DNA from: Acutalibacteraceae bacterium
GTDB lineage: Bacteria > Bacillota > Clostridia > Oscillospirales > Acutalibacteraceae
Assembly: GCA_045613385.1 (NCBI GenBank)
Contig: JAZLAW010000002.1
Coordinates: 8,630 to 72,629, forward strand
Reading direction: 5' to 3'
DNA length: 64,000 nt
Below are positions 1-9,787 of this stretch, in pieces; position 1 is the stretch's first letter, and each line of letters starts with the position of its first letter. A program made the translations under genes and the position numbers. The notes under the pieces were generated by a model that was given only the letters and a program-made list of their open reading frames with translations, was not told where the DNA came from and searched no databases.

Positions 1-1
1 C

Positions 2-901
2 GCTAATGTTCTTATCCCATCGCTTTTCCCTTTTACAGTAATGGCGGTATTGCTAATAGAAAGCGGAGTTCTATATAAATTCTACAAAGGACCTTTTTCA
101 TTTTCAATAGTTGTAATTATTCTATCAATTATCGGCGGATACCCGGTCGGAGCAAAAATAATTGCCGAATTACAAAAAAAGGAAATCATTAACGATGATT
201 TTTCAGAAAATTTACTTTGCGTTTCAATAAACGCGGGCCCTGCCTTTATTATAACTGTTGTTGGCGAAAAAATATTACATAACACTAATTTAGGTATACT
301 ACTTTTTACCGCACACATATTGGCAACATTTGAAATGTTTTTAATAATTAAACCTTATAAAAAACAAGAAATTAAAAAAACGGCATTTAATACTCAATCA
401 TTTTCTGAAAGTTTTGTAAATGCAGTTACTCTTTCTTGCGCGTCTATGATATCGATTTGCAGTTATGTAATTATTTTTTCGGGTCTGATAAATATGATAT
501 CTGCGTTAGATTTTGATACAAATCTAATTATAAGTTTTTTCGAAATTACTAATGCGGTTATCAAAAATAATAATATTTATGTCATTTCGTTTTTTTTGGG
601 CTTTTCGGGCATTTGTATTATTATGCAGGTATTATCTATTGGAAAAGAATACCTGACTAACCCTTTTAAAATTTTCATATCGCGTATATTCCACGGAATA
701 TTGTCTGTAATTAATCTGAAGGTTTTATCTACAATTTTCCCCATATCCACACAAACAATTTCAAACAGCATTAATTTTACTTATAAAAATGTTTCACAAA
801 CCGCCTTATATAGTTTCCTTTTGATTGCGCTTTCTGTATTTCTTATATATACACTACAAAAAAAGAATTATTGCGGTAATATTTATAAAGATATTCTTTA
901 G
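2..901 (+). CDS. ylbJ: Sporulation integral membrane protein YlbJ-like (Gate/nucleoside-recognition type), 5' end outside window
   Basis: Frame is open from nt 2, with no stop before the listed Met at 41. Polytopic membrane protein with the LIPSLFPF and GGYPVGAK motifs I associate with YlbJ. Confidence 0.6.
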   Translation, partial: ANVLIPSLFPFTVMAVLLIESGVLYKFYKGPFSFSIVVIILSIIGGYPVGAKIIAELQKKEIINDDFSENLLCVSINAGPAFIITVVGEKILHNTNLGILLFTAHILATFEMFLIIKPYKKQEIKKTAFNTQSFSESFVNAVTLSCASMISICSYVIIFSGLINMISALDFDTNLIISFFEITNAVIKNNNIYVISFFLGFSGICIIMQVLSIGKEYLTNPFKIFISRIFHGILSVINLKVLSTIFPISTQTISNSINFTYKNVSQTALYSFLLIALSVFLIYTLQKKNYCGNIYKDIL

Positions 902-927
902 CATAAAATTTATAATGCAAGTAATAC

Positions 928-956
928 TTGTAAAATATTGAATTTAATGCTATAAT
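928..956 (+). promoter_or_regulatory. Sigma-A type promoter for the DivIVA-like/hydro-lyase gene pair
   Basis: TTGTAA (928-933), 17 nt, TATAAT (951-956). G-rich RBS GGGGGA lies just before the ATG at 990. Confidence 0.55.
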
Positions 957-989
957 AAGTGTAATTATGTTGATTTTGGGGGATGTATT

Positions 990-1538
990 ATGGCTTTAGG
1001 ATTCAGAAAGAGTATTTTTGGCTACAACTGTGAAGAAGTTTCTGAGTATCTTCATAAGAAAGAATTTGAAAACAAACAAACGGTTCTTACTCTTAATGAA
1101 AAAATCGGTGCGCTCAAAAGCGAAATCCAGGTTACTAACGAAACAAAAGAAAAATTAAGAAAAGAAATTAAAGAAATCACCGATGAGCTCAATTTTTATA
1201 AATCTAAATATGAAGAAGTAAAAACGCTTAGTGAAAACATCGGTAAGCTATATTTAGTTGCGCAAACAAATGCTAAATCAATAATGAATTCCGCCAATGA
1301 AACACGTATTATTACCGAAGAAGAAATTAAAGAAAACCTTTCCCTTATTGACAATACAAATGTTTCCCTTAATGAAATTAAAGACGACTTAATCAATATG
1401 AGTAATTCCTTTGTTGAAGAAATCGAAAAGCTATCTGCTTCGCTTGAACAAATCAAATCATTCGCGCAGAAATCAAAAGAAAGCGCAATTAAAGACACTG
1501 AGAATTTTGAAAACATTTATTCCAATATAGTAAAATAA
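990..1538 (+). CDS. DivIVA-domain coiled-coil protein
   Basis: N-terminal FRKSIFGYNCEEVSEYL fits the DivIVA-domain signature (F..GY...EV..YL). The rest is a K/E-rich heptad-like coiled coil. Confidence 0.6.
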   Translation: MALGFRKSIFGYNCEEVSEYLHKKEFENKQTVLTLNEKIGALKSEIQVTNETKEKLRKEIKEITDELNFYKSKYEEVKTLSENIGKLYLVAQTNAKSIMNSANETRIITEEEIKENLSLIDNTNVSLNEIKDDLINMSNSFVEEIEKLSASLEQIKSFAQKSKESAIKDTENFENIYSNIVK

Positions 1539-2071
1539 TGAAAGAGTTTTATTTAAACACTGGAAACATTCAAGAGTGGAAAGATTCCGTTTCTGTTGGA
1601 GATAAAATTTTTCTTTCCGGTACAGTTTATACTGCCCGTGATGCAGCTCATAAACGAATTTTTGATTTGATTAAAAACAACCAACCGCTGCCATTTGATT
1701 TGAAAAATTCTGTGATTTATTACGCCGGTCCAACCCCTACACCGCCGGGACAAGCTATTGGCAGTTGCGGACCCACCACTTCTTCCCGTATGGATAATTA
1801 CGCAAATACTTTATATGACATAGGTGTCAGTTGTACCATCGGAAAAGGACCGCGCAGTGAAAATGTCATAAATTCCATAATTAAAAATGCTGCATTGTAT
1901 TTGTGCGCTATTGGTGGCGCCGGTGCACTTGCTTCAAAAACAATTAAGAAATGCGATGTCATTGCTTTTGATGATTTGGGATGCGAATCTATTAAAAAAC
2001 TGGAACTTGTTGATTTTCCGCTTTTTGTTGGCATCGACTCTTTAGGTAATTCAATATTTTGTCAAGGATAG
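1538..2071 (+). CDS. Fe-S hydro-lyase beta-type subunit (class I fumarate hydratase / L-tartrate dehydratase C-terminal domain)
   Basis: 177 aa with the GTVYTARDAAHKRI and GPTTSSRMD motifs of the FumA C-terminal/TtdB domain. The ATG overlaps the upstream stop (TAATG). Confidence 0.7.
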   Translation: MKEFYLNTGNIQEWKDSVSVGDKIFLSGTVYTARDAAHKRIFDLIKNNQPLPFDLKNSVIYYAGPTPTPPGQAIGSCGPTTSSRMDNYANTLYDIGVSCTIGKGPRSENVINSIIKNAALYLCAIGGAGALASKTIKKCDVIAFDDLGCESIKKLELVDFPLFVGIDSLGNSIFCQG

Positions 2072-2076
2072 ATATT

Positions 2077-3324
2077 ATGAAAAACTTATTTAAACTATAC
2101 TCTATTGTATGGACTGTTTTATTTTTAGTATTTAATGTTGTCGGTTTTATACCAAGTGACAATATTGGCGAATTTTACCGATACAATACTGCTTTTTTTA
2201 TATTTTTGATTTTAGCGGATTTAGTATTGGTGCTTCAGTTGTTTTTAACCTATCTTTCCTTAAAAAATTTTGATAAAAACAGTAAAAAACCATTTCAACA
2301 TCTGGAAATTTTGTTTAAAGATGCCGCTTTTTTATTAGCTGTTATTATTTGCGGTATTATAGTACAAATTTTCAATGTTATTCCGAAATGGCTAAATCCG
2401 ATTCTTGCAGTAATAATTTTTGCTTTAAATTACATTATTGTTGCCAAAAACAACAACTCGCTTAAAAACAAAATTAAAAAATTTCTCATCGTGCTTAATA
2501 AACGATATGTGAAATTTGCTATTATTCCATCTCTCGCGGTTATATGTATTTTATGTACACTTATTTTTGCTTATTTTATACCAAATTCAAAATATAATAA
2601 TGCCTGTATTGCTTTAGAAAACAACGAACTATCAAATGCGTGCAGCTTATTCTATTCGGTTAGAAATTTCAAAGACAGCAATGAGAAGTTAAACAGTATT
2701 ATAAATAGCAATCCCGAATTTTCTTTGTATAATGCAAAAATCGGTGATACTGTTGAATTTGGAAGTTATGAACAAGACGGTAATACCGATAACGGTAAAG
2801 AAAAAATGAAATGGACCGTTTTAGATATAAAAAACGGAAAACTGCTTTTAATTAACAATTTTTGTATAGAAAAAATTCCTTATAACGAAAGCTTAGTAAA
2901 AACAACCTGGGAAGAGTGCACATTAAGAAAATGGCTTAACAATGAATTTTTAAACACTTCTTTTACTGATGAAGAAACAACAAAAATCGATATCACACAT
3001 CTTACAAATCATAAAAACCCGTCATACAGAATGCCTGTTGGCGGCAAAAATACTAATGATAAAGTGTTTGTTCTCAGTTATAATGAAGCCAACTTTTACT
3101 TAAAAGATGATAATTTAATTCACGTAAAAGCGACAAAATACGCAGAAAAACAATCGGCTCACGTCAGTGGCGACACTGGAAACGCGTGGTGGTGGTTACG
3201 TACACCCGGCTCAGCCAATACAAGCGCGATGACTAATCACATTTCAAGAAAGTTTAGTATAATGGGTTATCAAGTTAATCACGAAGCATATACCGTCAGA
3301 CCTTGTATCTGGATAAATCTTTAA
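2077..3324 (+). CDS. Membrane-anchored DUF6273-domain protein
   Basis: ATG at 2077 is preceded by AAGGA at 8 nt. N-terminal TM helices are followed by FGSYEQD, TLRKWLN, DKVFVLS, WWWLRTPG and VRPCIW, the DUF6273 pattern. Confidence 0.6.
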   Translation: MKNLFKLYSIVWTVLFLVFNVVGFIPSDNIGEFYRYNTAFFIFLILADLVLVLQLFLTYLSLKNFDKNSKKPFQHLEILFKDAAFLLAVIICGIIVQIFNVIPKWLNPILAVIIFALNYIIVAKNNNSLKNKIKKFLIVLNKRYVKFAIIPSLAVICILCTLIFAYFIPNSKYNNACIALENNELSNACSLFYSVRNFKDSNEKLNSIINSNPEFSLYNAKIGDTVEFGSYEQDGNTDNGKEKMKWTVLDIKNGKLLLINNFCIEKIPYNESLVKTTWEECTLRKWLNNEFLNTSFTDEETTKIDITHLTNHKNPSYRMPVGGKNTNDKVFVLSYNEANFYLKDDNLIHVKATKYAEKQSAHVSGDTGNAWWWLRTPGSANTSAMTNHISRKFSIMGYQVNHEAYTVRPCIWINL

Positions 3325-3331
3325 ATAAAAC

Positions 3332-3366
3332 AAAAACCCGTCCTACTTTCGTAGGACGGGTTTTTA
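3332..3366. terminator. Bidirectional intrinsic terminator
   Basis: ACCCGTCCTAC-TTTC-GTAGGACGGGT hairpin flanked by an A-run and a T-run, between convergent genes. Confidence 0.85.
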
Positions 3367-3374
3367 ATATCTGA

Positions 3375-3632
3375 TTAAAGAACAATAGCGATAATATTTG
3401 CAACAACTGCTAATACAAAGAACACAACTGCAAAAACTTTGGTCCAACGAGCTAAAAGCGCATCTGCCGTTCTTGCTTTATTCTTCGAAAGAAAAGTATC
3501 AATACCGCCGGAAATTACACCATTAACACCACGGCGATGACTCTGTTGCAAAATAACAATACCTATAATAATTAAAGAAACTAAAATAACTAGAATTCCT
3601 AAGAGTATTTCTAAAGCTCCCACAAGGAACAC
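3375..3632 (-). CDS. secG: Preprotein translocase subunit SecG
   Basis: 85 aa with two TM helices, a central Gly-rich loop (GVNGVISGG) and an FLSKN...R...T motif typical of SecG. Confidence 0.8.
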   Translation of the reverse strand: MFLVGALEILLGILVILVSLIIIGIVILQQSHRRGVNGVISGGIDTFLSKNKARTADALLARWTKVFAVVFFVLAVVANIIAIVL

Positions 3633-3702
3633 CTCCCATTATTTTTATAAACACATTTAGTATAATATCATATAAGTTTAAAATTTTCAAGTAAAAATTT
3701 AA

Positions 3703-4077
3703 TTATTTATTGCAGGAACAGCAACTTTTGTGTAATTTTTGGATATCAAGCGACATATTTTCTTCATTTTTAATGAAATTAAGAAGTTTTAACAAACCTT
3801 TATCAACACTTTCGGTATAGAAAGCTGCCGAAATTCCACGAAAATCAGCAATATGCAGAGCGCTTCGTAATATGCCGTCTGCTAAAAAAACATCATTTAT
3901 TGGGTATAACTTAGTTATAGTAATACTGTTGTTATCGAGCGAAAATGAACAATACCCTAATACTTCATCACCATCTTTAGCGACGGTTACGCCACTACCC
4001 GATAAAAATTCAATATTATTATCTTTGTAAAAATCTTTAATTTTATCAGTTTCACCAATTTGAACAACTTCAATCAT
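3703..4077 (-). CDS. Hypothetical small protein (possible GNAT-like fold) with a C-terminal CCSC motif
   Basis: The ATG at 4077 overlaps the rluB stop (ATGATTGA), suggesting translational coupling. I recognise no clear family and the tail ends KSCCSCNK. Confidence 0.4.
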   Translation of the reverse strand: MIEVVQIGETDKIKDFYKDNNIEFLSGSGVTVAKDGDEVLGYCSFSLDNNSITITKLYPINDVFLADGILRSALHIADFRGISAAFYTESVDKGLLKLLNFIKNEENMSLDIQKLHKSCCSCNK

Positions 4078-4816
4078 TAGTTTTACCACCCATTGCGCTG
4101 ACAGACATAAGTCTTCTTAACTCTCTTTCATTTAAATCGCGCCATTTACCTTGACCAAGCATACCGAGTTTGACGCCCGCAATTTCTGTGCGCTTGAGCC
4201 TTAACACCTCGAGATTTACTTCCTCGCACATTCTTCTTATCTGTCGATTTCTTCCTTCGTGAATTATGAAAAAAAGTACAGTTCTATCCGCTTTACGCTC
4301 GGCAACGAAAACATCGCACGGCTGAGTTTTTACGCCGTCCAACAAAATGCCACTGCATAACTTGTCCAACTGTTCTTCAGTAACTCCACCTTTTACGGTT
4401 ACACGGTATGTTTTATTTACCAAACTTGATGGATGTGTAAGTTTATTTGCTAAATCACCATCATTTGTCATAATAAGTAAGCCTTCCGAATCTTTATCAA
4501 GACGTCCAACAGAAAAAACCTTCGCCGGTACATCCTTCACAAGTTCGGCAACACATTTGCGATTCAATTCATCATTCATAGTTGTCACAAAACCACGCGG
4601 TTTATGCAACATTATGTAAACCTTTTCTTTTACAGCAATGACAGGTTTGCCTGAAACGGTAACTTTATCGCGTTTCGGGTCGACACTGTCCCCTATTTTC
4701 GCCACGCGACCATTAACTCTAACCTTTCCCGCCGCGATTAAATCTTCAGATTTTCTACGGGAAGCGACACCGCTTTCCGATAAATGCTTTTGTAGTCTGA
4801 TTTTTTTGCCACTCAT
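4070..4816 (-). CDS. rluB: 23S rRNA pseudouridine synthase, RsuA/RluB family, with S4 domain
   Basis: N-terminal S4 RNA-binding motif (RLQKHLSESGVASRRKSEDLI) and the catalytic GRLDKDSEGLL motif. Confidence 0.85.
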   Translation of the reverse strand: MSGKKIRLQKHLSESGVASRRKSEDLIAAGKVRVNGRVAKIGDSVDPKRDKVTVSGKPVIAVKEKVYIMLHKPRGFVTTMNDELNRKCVAELVKDVPAKVFSVGRLDKDSEGLLIMTNDGDLANKLTHPSSLVNKTYRVTVKGGVTEEQLDKLCSGILLDGVKTQPCDVFVAERKADRTVLFFIIHEGRNRQIRRMCEEVNLEVLRLKRTEIAGVKLGMLGQGKWRDLNERELRRLMSVSAMGGKTND

Positions 4817-5922
4817 TATAAACCTCTCAATAAAATAAGAAATAATTTAATAATTTTTTCAACTTTGCTATCTTCTTTTTGCGTAATAGCAGTAGATTCA
4901 TCTGCTAAAATATCAAGTGTAAGTATTTTATAACCGTTAGAATAAACCTCTGCGTACCCTAATTTTTCTCCTGCTAAAATATCAGCATAAACAAATCTCG
5001 GTAAGTATGTAATATAATCTAACTTATCATTATTGCTGATACCTATCGGAATATTCTCACAAGAAACCTTAATATGCCCTTCTTCAGAGCCGATACAGGA
5101 AATACTTTCGGGACAAGAAAATTCGGTCATTACTGATTTTGATTTTTCAAAACCAAAATCGAGCAAATTTATATGGTCATTCCAGTCATCTCTATCGTTA
5201 AGAGTAACTGCGATAATCATTATTCCATCGCGCTCGGCGGCAGAAACAAGGCATCTACCGGCCTTGCTTGTATATCCCGTTTTAACACCGACTGCGCCAT
5301 CATATATTTTTAACAATTTGTTATGGTTACTTAGATATTGGCTGCTACCGCCATAATTAAGTAATATTGATTTCGTTGCTGCAACCTGTTTAAAATATTC
5401 ATTTTCCAAAGCAAATGAAGCCAAAAGAGCTAAATCATACGCTGTTGTATAGTGGCCATCTGCATCAAGTCCCGAAGGCGTAACAAAATGGGTATTTTTA
5501 AGTCCCAATTCCGCTGCTTTATTATTCATAAGCTCGGCAAATTTCTGGGTAGAACCGCAAATAGACATAGCTACGGTGTTGGCCGCATCATTTCCGGAAC
5601 ACAAAAGAATACCGTACATTAAATCATTATATGTCACAATATCTCCAACGCGCAATCCCATAGAAGAGCCTTCGACTGCAACCATAGGCGCTGTCACCGT
5701 AACTTCTTTTTCCGGTGTATTATATTCGGCCAAAATAAGAGCTGTCATAATTTTGGTGGTACTTGCCATAGGTAATTTTGAACAGGAATTTTTTGAATAA
5801 ATTATACTACGGGTTTTGCCATTAATAACAATACTCGACAATGCTGAATCATTTACAGCGCCGACAGTCAACGAGTTTCCAATAATATATAAAGCAAGAA
5901 CAAAGACAATAATTTTTTTCAA
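4816..5922 (-). CDS. D-alanyl-D-alanine carboxypeptidase (peptidase S11, PBP5 type)
   Basis: Signal peptide plus SxxK (ASTTK), SxN (SGN) and KTG (VKTGYT) motifs in canonical order. Confidence 0.85.
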   Translation of the reverse strand: MKKIIVFVLALYIIGNSLTVGAVNDSALSSIVINGKTRSIIYSKNSCSKLPMASTTKIMTALILAEYNTPEKEVTVTAPMVAVEGSSMGLRVGDIVTYNDLMYGILLCSGNDAANTVAMSICGSTQKFAELMNNKAAELGLKNTHFVTPSGLDADGHYTTAYDLALLASFALENEYFKQVAATKSILLNYGGSSQYLSNHNKLLKIYDGAVGVKTGYTSKAGRCLVSAAERDGIMIIAVTLNDRDDWNDHINLLDFGFEKSKSVMTEFSCPESISCIGSEEGHIKVSCENIPIGISNNDKLDYITYLPRFVYADILAGEKLGYAEVYSNGYKILTLDILADESTAITQKEDSKVEKIIKLFLILLRGL

Positions 5923-5974
5923 ATTATCACACCCCCGAATAATACTGTTAAATAATACTCGGGAATTAAAAAAA

Positions 5975-6361
5975 CTATAACTGAATGTCTTCTAACTTTT
6001 CTTTTGAAAATAGCTTCTTAATTTTTTCAATTAATTCCGGTGCTAAAGCTATTGCCTTATCAACGGCAGTAGACTCGTTATTGATGGGTAACATTTTAAC
6101 ATTATCCCCCGAAATTACTATAAAAGCAATCGGATTAATTGAAACCCCGGCACCGCCGCCGCCACCGAACAACGGAGAGTTTCCATTTTTAGATTGAAAA
6201 TCGGAGCCACCCGTGGCCATACCGAAAGATACCTTTGATACGGGTATCATTGTGACGTTACCCGAAACAATAGGAGTACCGATAATTGTATCTGCATCCA
6301 CTATTGCTCTGAGTTTCTCCATAGTTGTATCCATTATACTTTTAATGCTGTTTTCTCCCAT
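5975..6361 (-). CDS. ytfJ: Sporulation protein YtfJ (GerW family)
   Basis: N-terminus aligns with B. subtilis YtfJ (IMDTTMEKLRAIVD). Poly-Gly core GGGGGAGVSINP. Confidence 0.8.
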   Translation of the reverse strand: MGENSIKSIMDTTMEKLRAIVDADTIIGTPIVSGNVTMIPVSKVSFGMATGGSDFQSKNGNSPLFGGGGGAGVSINPIAFIVISGDNVKMLPINNESTAVDKAIALAPELIEKIKKLFSKEKLEDIQL

Positions 6362-6945
6362 ACTAACACATCCTTTTTATTAATTAATCTGATTAAAATT
6401 TTAATTGCAAAAACTAAAAGGTATAATAAACGGATTTTACCTGCAAAACTAAACTCAAAATCGCCTTTTTGAGATTCATAATCTTCTTTAACATATATTT
6501 CTTTAATTTCTAAACTTATTAAAGAATGCAGAAAGCCCACAAAGGAATAAACCGCCGCAGACACCGCGCCATACATAATGGCGGTTGAAGCAGCGTCTGA
6601 CTCGGCAACGATGACTCGACATGCAAAATTATTAATTTTTAATTTCGAAATAAGATATTCCATTTCAGAAAAAATTACTTTTATATATGTCATCAATTCG
6701 CAAACAGCAGCGCTAAGTCCCTTTTTTTGCTTCAGCTTTTTAAAATATTCGAAGCTATCCTTGGTGTTGCGTTGCGATTTTTTAGTTGTATCAGCTTTCT
6801 TCTTCCCGGACGATAAAATTCTTATCAAACCAAATTTAAGCTCATAATCAAAATTTTCATTAAATAATACCGAAACTTTTACATTGATTAAAAGAAGAAC
6901 GCCTAATAACAGTAGCAATGCAGCTAAAATATAAACAAAAATCAT
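6334..6945 (-). CDS. ytfI: DUF2953 sporulation protein YtfI-like
   Basis: N-terminal TM helix, directly upstream of ytfJ and overlapping it, which is the conserved ytfI-ytfJ pair. Confidence 0.6.
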   Translation of the reverse strand: MIFVYILAALLLLLGVLLLINVKVSVLFNENFDYELKFGLIRILSSGKKKADTTKKSQRNTKDSFEYFKKLKQKKGLSAAVCELMTYIKVIFSEMEYLISKLKINNFACRVIVAESDAASTAIMYGAVSAAVYSFVGFLHSLISLEIKEIYVKEDYESQKGDFEFSFAGKIRLLYLLVFAIKILIRLINKKDVLVWEKTALKV

Positions 6946-6983
6946 AGATTACACCATTACTAATATTATTCAAATAATTAAAT

Positions 6984-7553
6984 TTATTCTGCAGTTTCCT
7001 CAACGTTCACCGACAGTTGCTCTGCAATATCCGGTAAAGAATCATTTTCTTCCTTTGGAATCTGCGGTAATTCGCTTAAATCACTGATAGAAAAACACCT
7101 TAAGAAGTTTTTAGTGGTTGAATACAATAACGGTCTTCCGGGGAGTTCGAGTCTTCCTACTTCTTCTATTAACTCCTTTTCTATAAGTGTCATCATAACA
7201 CCAGAGCAGTCAACACCGCGCACCTGTTCGATAAACGCACGGGTAACGGGTTGGTTATAAGCTATAACCGCCAAAACCTCTAATGCTGCCTGAGAAAGCG
7301 GAGTTTTTCTTTTAATATCAAAGGCCTTTTTAATGTACGTGGCATATTGTTTTTTTGTGCAAATCTGAAAAGTATTTTCTAAGGTTACAACTTCGAGCGC
7401 AGTTTTTGTATACTTTTCACACAAAGCTTTTACAGCTGTCTGGATAGTATCAGGCTCGACTTCAAAAGTCTGGCAAAGTCTTTGTATACTTACCGGTTCG
7501 CCATTAGCGAACAAAACTGCTTCTATTCCGTTTATTAATTCATTTATATCCAC
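6984..7553 (-). CDS. scpB: Segregation and condensation protein B
   Basis: AILFANGEPVS, SQAALEVLAVIAYNQPVTR and GRPLLY motifs, immediately downstream of scpA. Confidence 0.9.
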   Translation of the reverse strand: MDINELINGIEAVLFANGEPVSIQRLCQTFEVEPDTIQTAVKALCEKYTKTALEVVTLENTFQICTKKQYATYIKKAFDIKRKTPLSQAALEVLAVIAYNQPVTRAFIEQVRGVDCSGVMMTLIEKELIEEVGRLELPGRPLLYSTTKNFLRCFSISDLSELPQIPKEENDSLPDIAEQLSVNVEETAE

Positions 7554-8267
7554 CTATTTTTTCTCCTTTATTATCTTAATTTCCGCATCATTGCCATCAC
7601 CTTTAATATGTACACGGTTGGCTTTGCAAAGTTCAAGAATTGCTAAAAATGTTGCAACTAATTCCGAACGACTTTTAGCACTGTTATAAAGTTTACCCAG
7701 TCTTTGTGGACCCTTAGTAATCAAATTTCGCATAACAAAGACGATTTTTGTAGAAACTGATACAATCTTTTTCGCAACAATTTTTGCAAAAGCATCAGTA
7801 TTCGGTGGCAATCTTCTTTGTCCTCTGCCAACTGCAGATATGTATGCATCAAATAAAACTTCTTTTGGATGAATAAGTTCATATGTTTTAGGGAGTTCGA
7901 CCTTAGAGGGTGCTTTAACAAACTTATCGAAACCATCGGTTTGCAGAGCTAATAATTCAGCAATTTTACGGCAAGTCTGATATTCAATCAACTCGCCGAC
8001 AAATTCATCTTTTAATTGTTCATACTCTTCGTGCTTCGGTAAAAGTTTAACCGTTTTTAAATAAATTAATCTTGACGCCATCTCAAGAAACTCACTGGCA
8101 ATATCGGTGGTATCTTGCTGCATGATTTCAATCTGCTCGAGATACTGGTCGATAAGGACGGTAAGTTTGATATCATAAATATCTAATTTATTTCTTGCTA
8201 TCAGTTGTAGCAGCAAGTCGAGTGGTCCTTCAAAGCCTTCAAATTTATAAGATAAATTACTTTCCAT
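7554..8267 (-). CDS. scpA: Segregation and condensation protein A
   Basis: FEGPLDLLLQLI motif and the characteristic kleisin N- and C-termini. Confidence 0.9.
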   Translation of the reverse strand: MESNLSYKFEGFEGPLDLLLQLIARNKLDIYDIKLTVLIDQYLEQIEIMQQDTTDIASEFLEMASRLIYLKTVKLLPKHEEYEQLKDEFVGELIEYQTCRKIAELLALQTDGFDKFVKAPSKVELPKTYELIHPKEVLFDAYISAVGRGQRRLPPNTDAFAKIVAKKIVSVSTKIVFVMRNLITKGPQRLGKLYNSAKSRSELVATFLAILELCKANRVHIKGDGNDAEIKIIKEKK

Positions 8268-8280
8268 ATATTACCCCGAT

Positions 8281-8976
8281 TTATATAAATAAAGAAAAAA
8301 TATTACTTAATAGATCAGAAATACCGTTATAAATATAACCCGACAGAATATCGAGCGGTGTGGACAAAATGCCTGTATAAAGCAAAACAAATACAACAAT
8401 AATTAAATAACGTTCATATTGCATAACTTTATAATACATTCTGCTTGGTAAAACGGCAGTTAAAATTCTTGAGCCATCGAGCGGTGGTATAGGAATCAAA
8501 TTAAATACCGCAAGATGAATATTGATTATTGCGATATAATCAAAGAAAAGCGACAGATACACCAGAAAACTTCCGCTAAATTTTCTATAAAGTATAAAAA
8601 CAAAAAAATCTAAAGCCAAAGAAAAGAATGCGATAATTATATTGGAAATGGGACCCGCAACCGCGGTAATAGCCATATCCCGCTTTGGATTTTTAAAATT
8701 ACGAGTGTTTACCGGAACCGGTTTGGCCCATCCAAAACCGAATAGTAAAATAAAGGCAGCACCAATATAGTCAATATGCGCAAAAGGATTTAAAGACAAC
8801 CTGCCACTATATCTTGCCGTGCGGTCTCCAAGCTTGTCCGAAGCATACGCGTGTGCAAATTCATGCGCTGGTAATGTTAAAAAAATTACAATAAAACTTG
8901 ATAAAGCATATACAATAAATTCTGTTATGCCGATATTACCTTTAACTGCATCGAACAACAAGACATACCACTCCAA
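8281..8976 (-). CDS. Site-2 protease family zinc metalloprotease (peptidase M50)
   Basis: HEFAHA zinc motif in a TM helix, and NLIPIPPLDG, the second M50 signature. Confidence 0.8.
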   Translation of the reverse strand: MEWYVLLFDAVKGNIGITEFIVYALSSFIVIFLTLPAHEFAHAYASDKLGDRTARYSGRLSLNPFAHIDYIGAAFILLFGFGWAKPVPVNTRNFKNPKRDMAITAVAGPISNIIIAFFSLALDFFVFILYRKFSGSFLVYLSLFFDYIAIINIHLAVFNLIPIPPLDGSRILTAVLPSRMYYKVMQYERYLIIVVFVLLYTGILSTPLDILSGYIYNGISDLLSNIFSLFI

Positions 8977-9012
8977 TCTAATTAAATATTATATAACATT
9001 TTAATCCAAAAT

Positions 9013-9043
9013 ACAAGAAAAAGCTTGTGTTTTACACAAGCTT
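9013..9043 (-). terminator. Intrinsic terminator after the amidase gene
   Basis: AAGCTTGTG-loop-CACAAGCTT hairpin followed by a T-run on the minus strand. Confidence 0.7.
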
Positions 9044-9783
9044 TAATAAAAGTTGAGAAAATTACTGCTCACAAACCCTGAAATCCCATTATAATCAATT
9101 GAGCTCCACTCACCGTTATTTGCATAGACAGTAACGGTAGCGCCATTGGGTGCTCGACCAATAATCTGTGAATTGATTGAAGGCATATTTCTAATGTTAA
9201 GATTTCTGCCCATTGTTTCAACAACCGCAAATTGATTACCTTCCGGCATCATAAAAGGTATATCAAAATAATCTGCCAGAGACACTACCACATTTCGTGC
9301 AATTTCATCAATATTGTTTCTTATCCAATTTGCATCTTCTGTATTATCGTGATATGCAAACTCTATTAGCACAGATGGTGCACGAGTTCTGGTAACTTCC
9401 CCTAATGTTGTTGTAGGAATTGTACGTACAAGATTTGGTAATGGATATATTAATTTTAAATTGTTAGCTAGTATGTCTGCCAATCTTTTCCCCGATGCAC
9501 TACCGGGATAGTAATATACTTCACTCCCCCTATTCTGCCCCGCATTCTGCGGTGCAGAAGCGTTGGAATGAAGAGCCAAATGTACATCGTATCTTCCCAT
9601 ATTTGATTCTCTGATTGAAGATGCAGCCGTCATATCGGGCGTATTTCTCGAATATGAGATACCTGTAGCATTAAGATAAGGAATCATAGCATCCGCTATA
9701 AGATTCATATAATATTCTTCATTTCCACCGCCTACATAGGGATTAAATTCTTGAGTTGATGGACTCAAATATATTCTTGGCAT
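9043..9783 (-). CDS. N-acetylmuramoyl-L-alanine amidase (Amidase_3) with C-terminal SH3b domain
   Basis: YLSPSTQ...N and LALHSNA motifs of the Amidase_3 family. The C-terminal ~65 aa is SH3-like (LNIRNMPS...GWSSIDYNG..GFV). Confidence 0.75.
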   Translation of the reverse strand: MPRIYLSPSTQEFNPYVGGGNEEYYMNLIADAMIPYLNATGISYSRNTPDMTAASSIRESNMGRYDVHLALHSNASAPQNAGQNRGSEVYYYPGSASGKRLADILANNLKLIYPLPNLVRTIPTTTLGEVTRTRAPSVLIEFAYHDNTEDANWIRNNIDEIARNVVVSLADYFDIPFMMPEGNQFAVVETMGRNLNIRNMPSINSQIIGRAPNGATVTVYANNGEWSSIDYNGISGFVSSNFLNFY

Positions 9784-9787
9784 AAAT

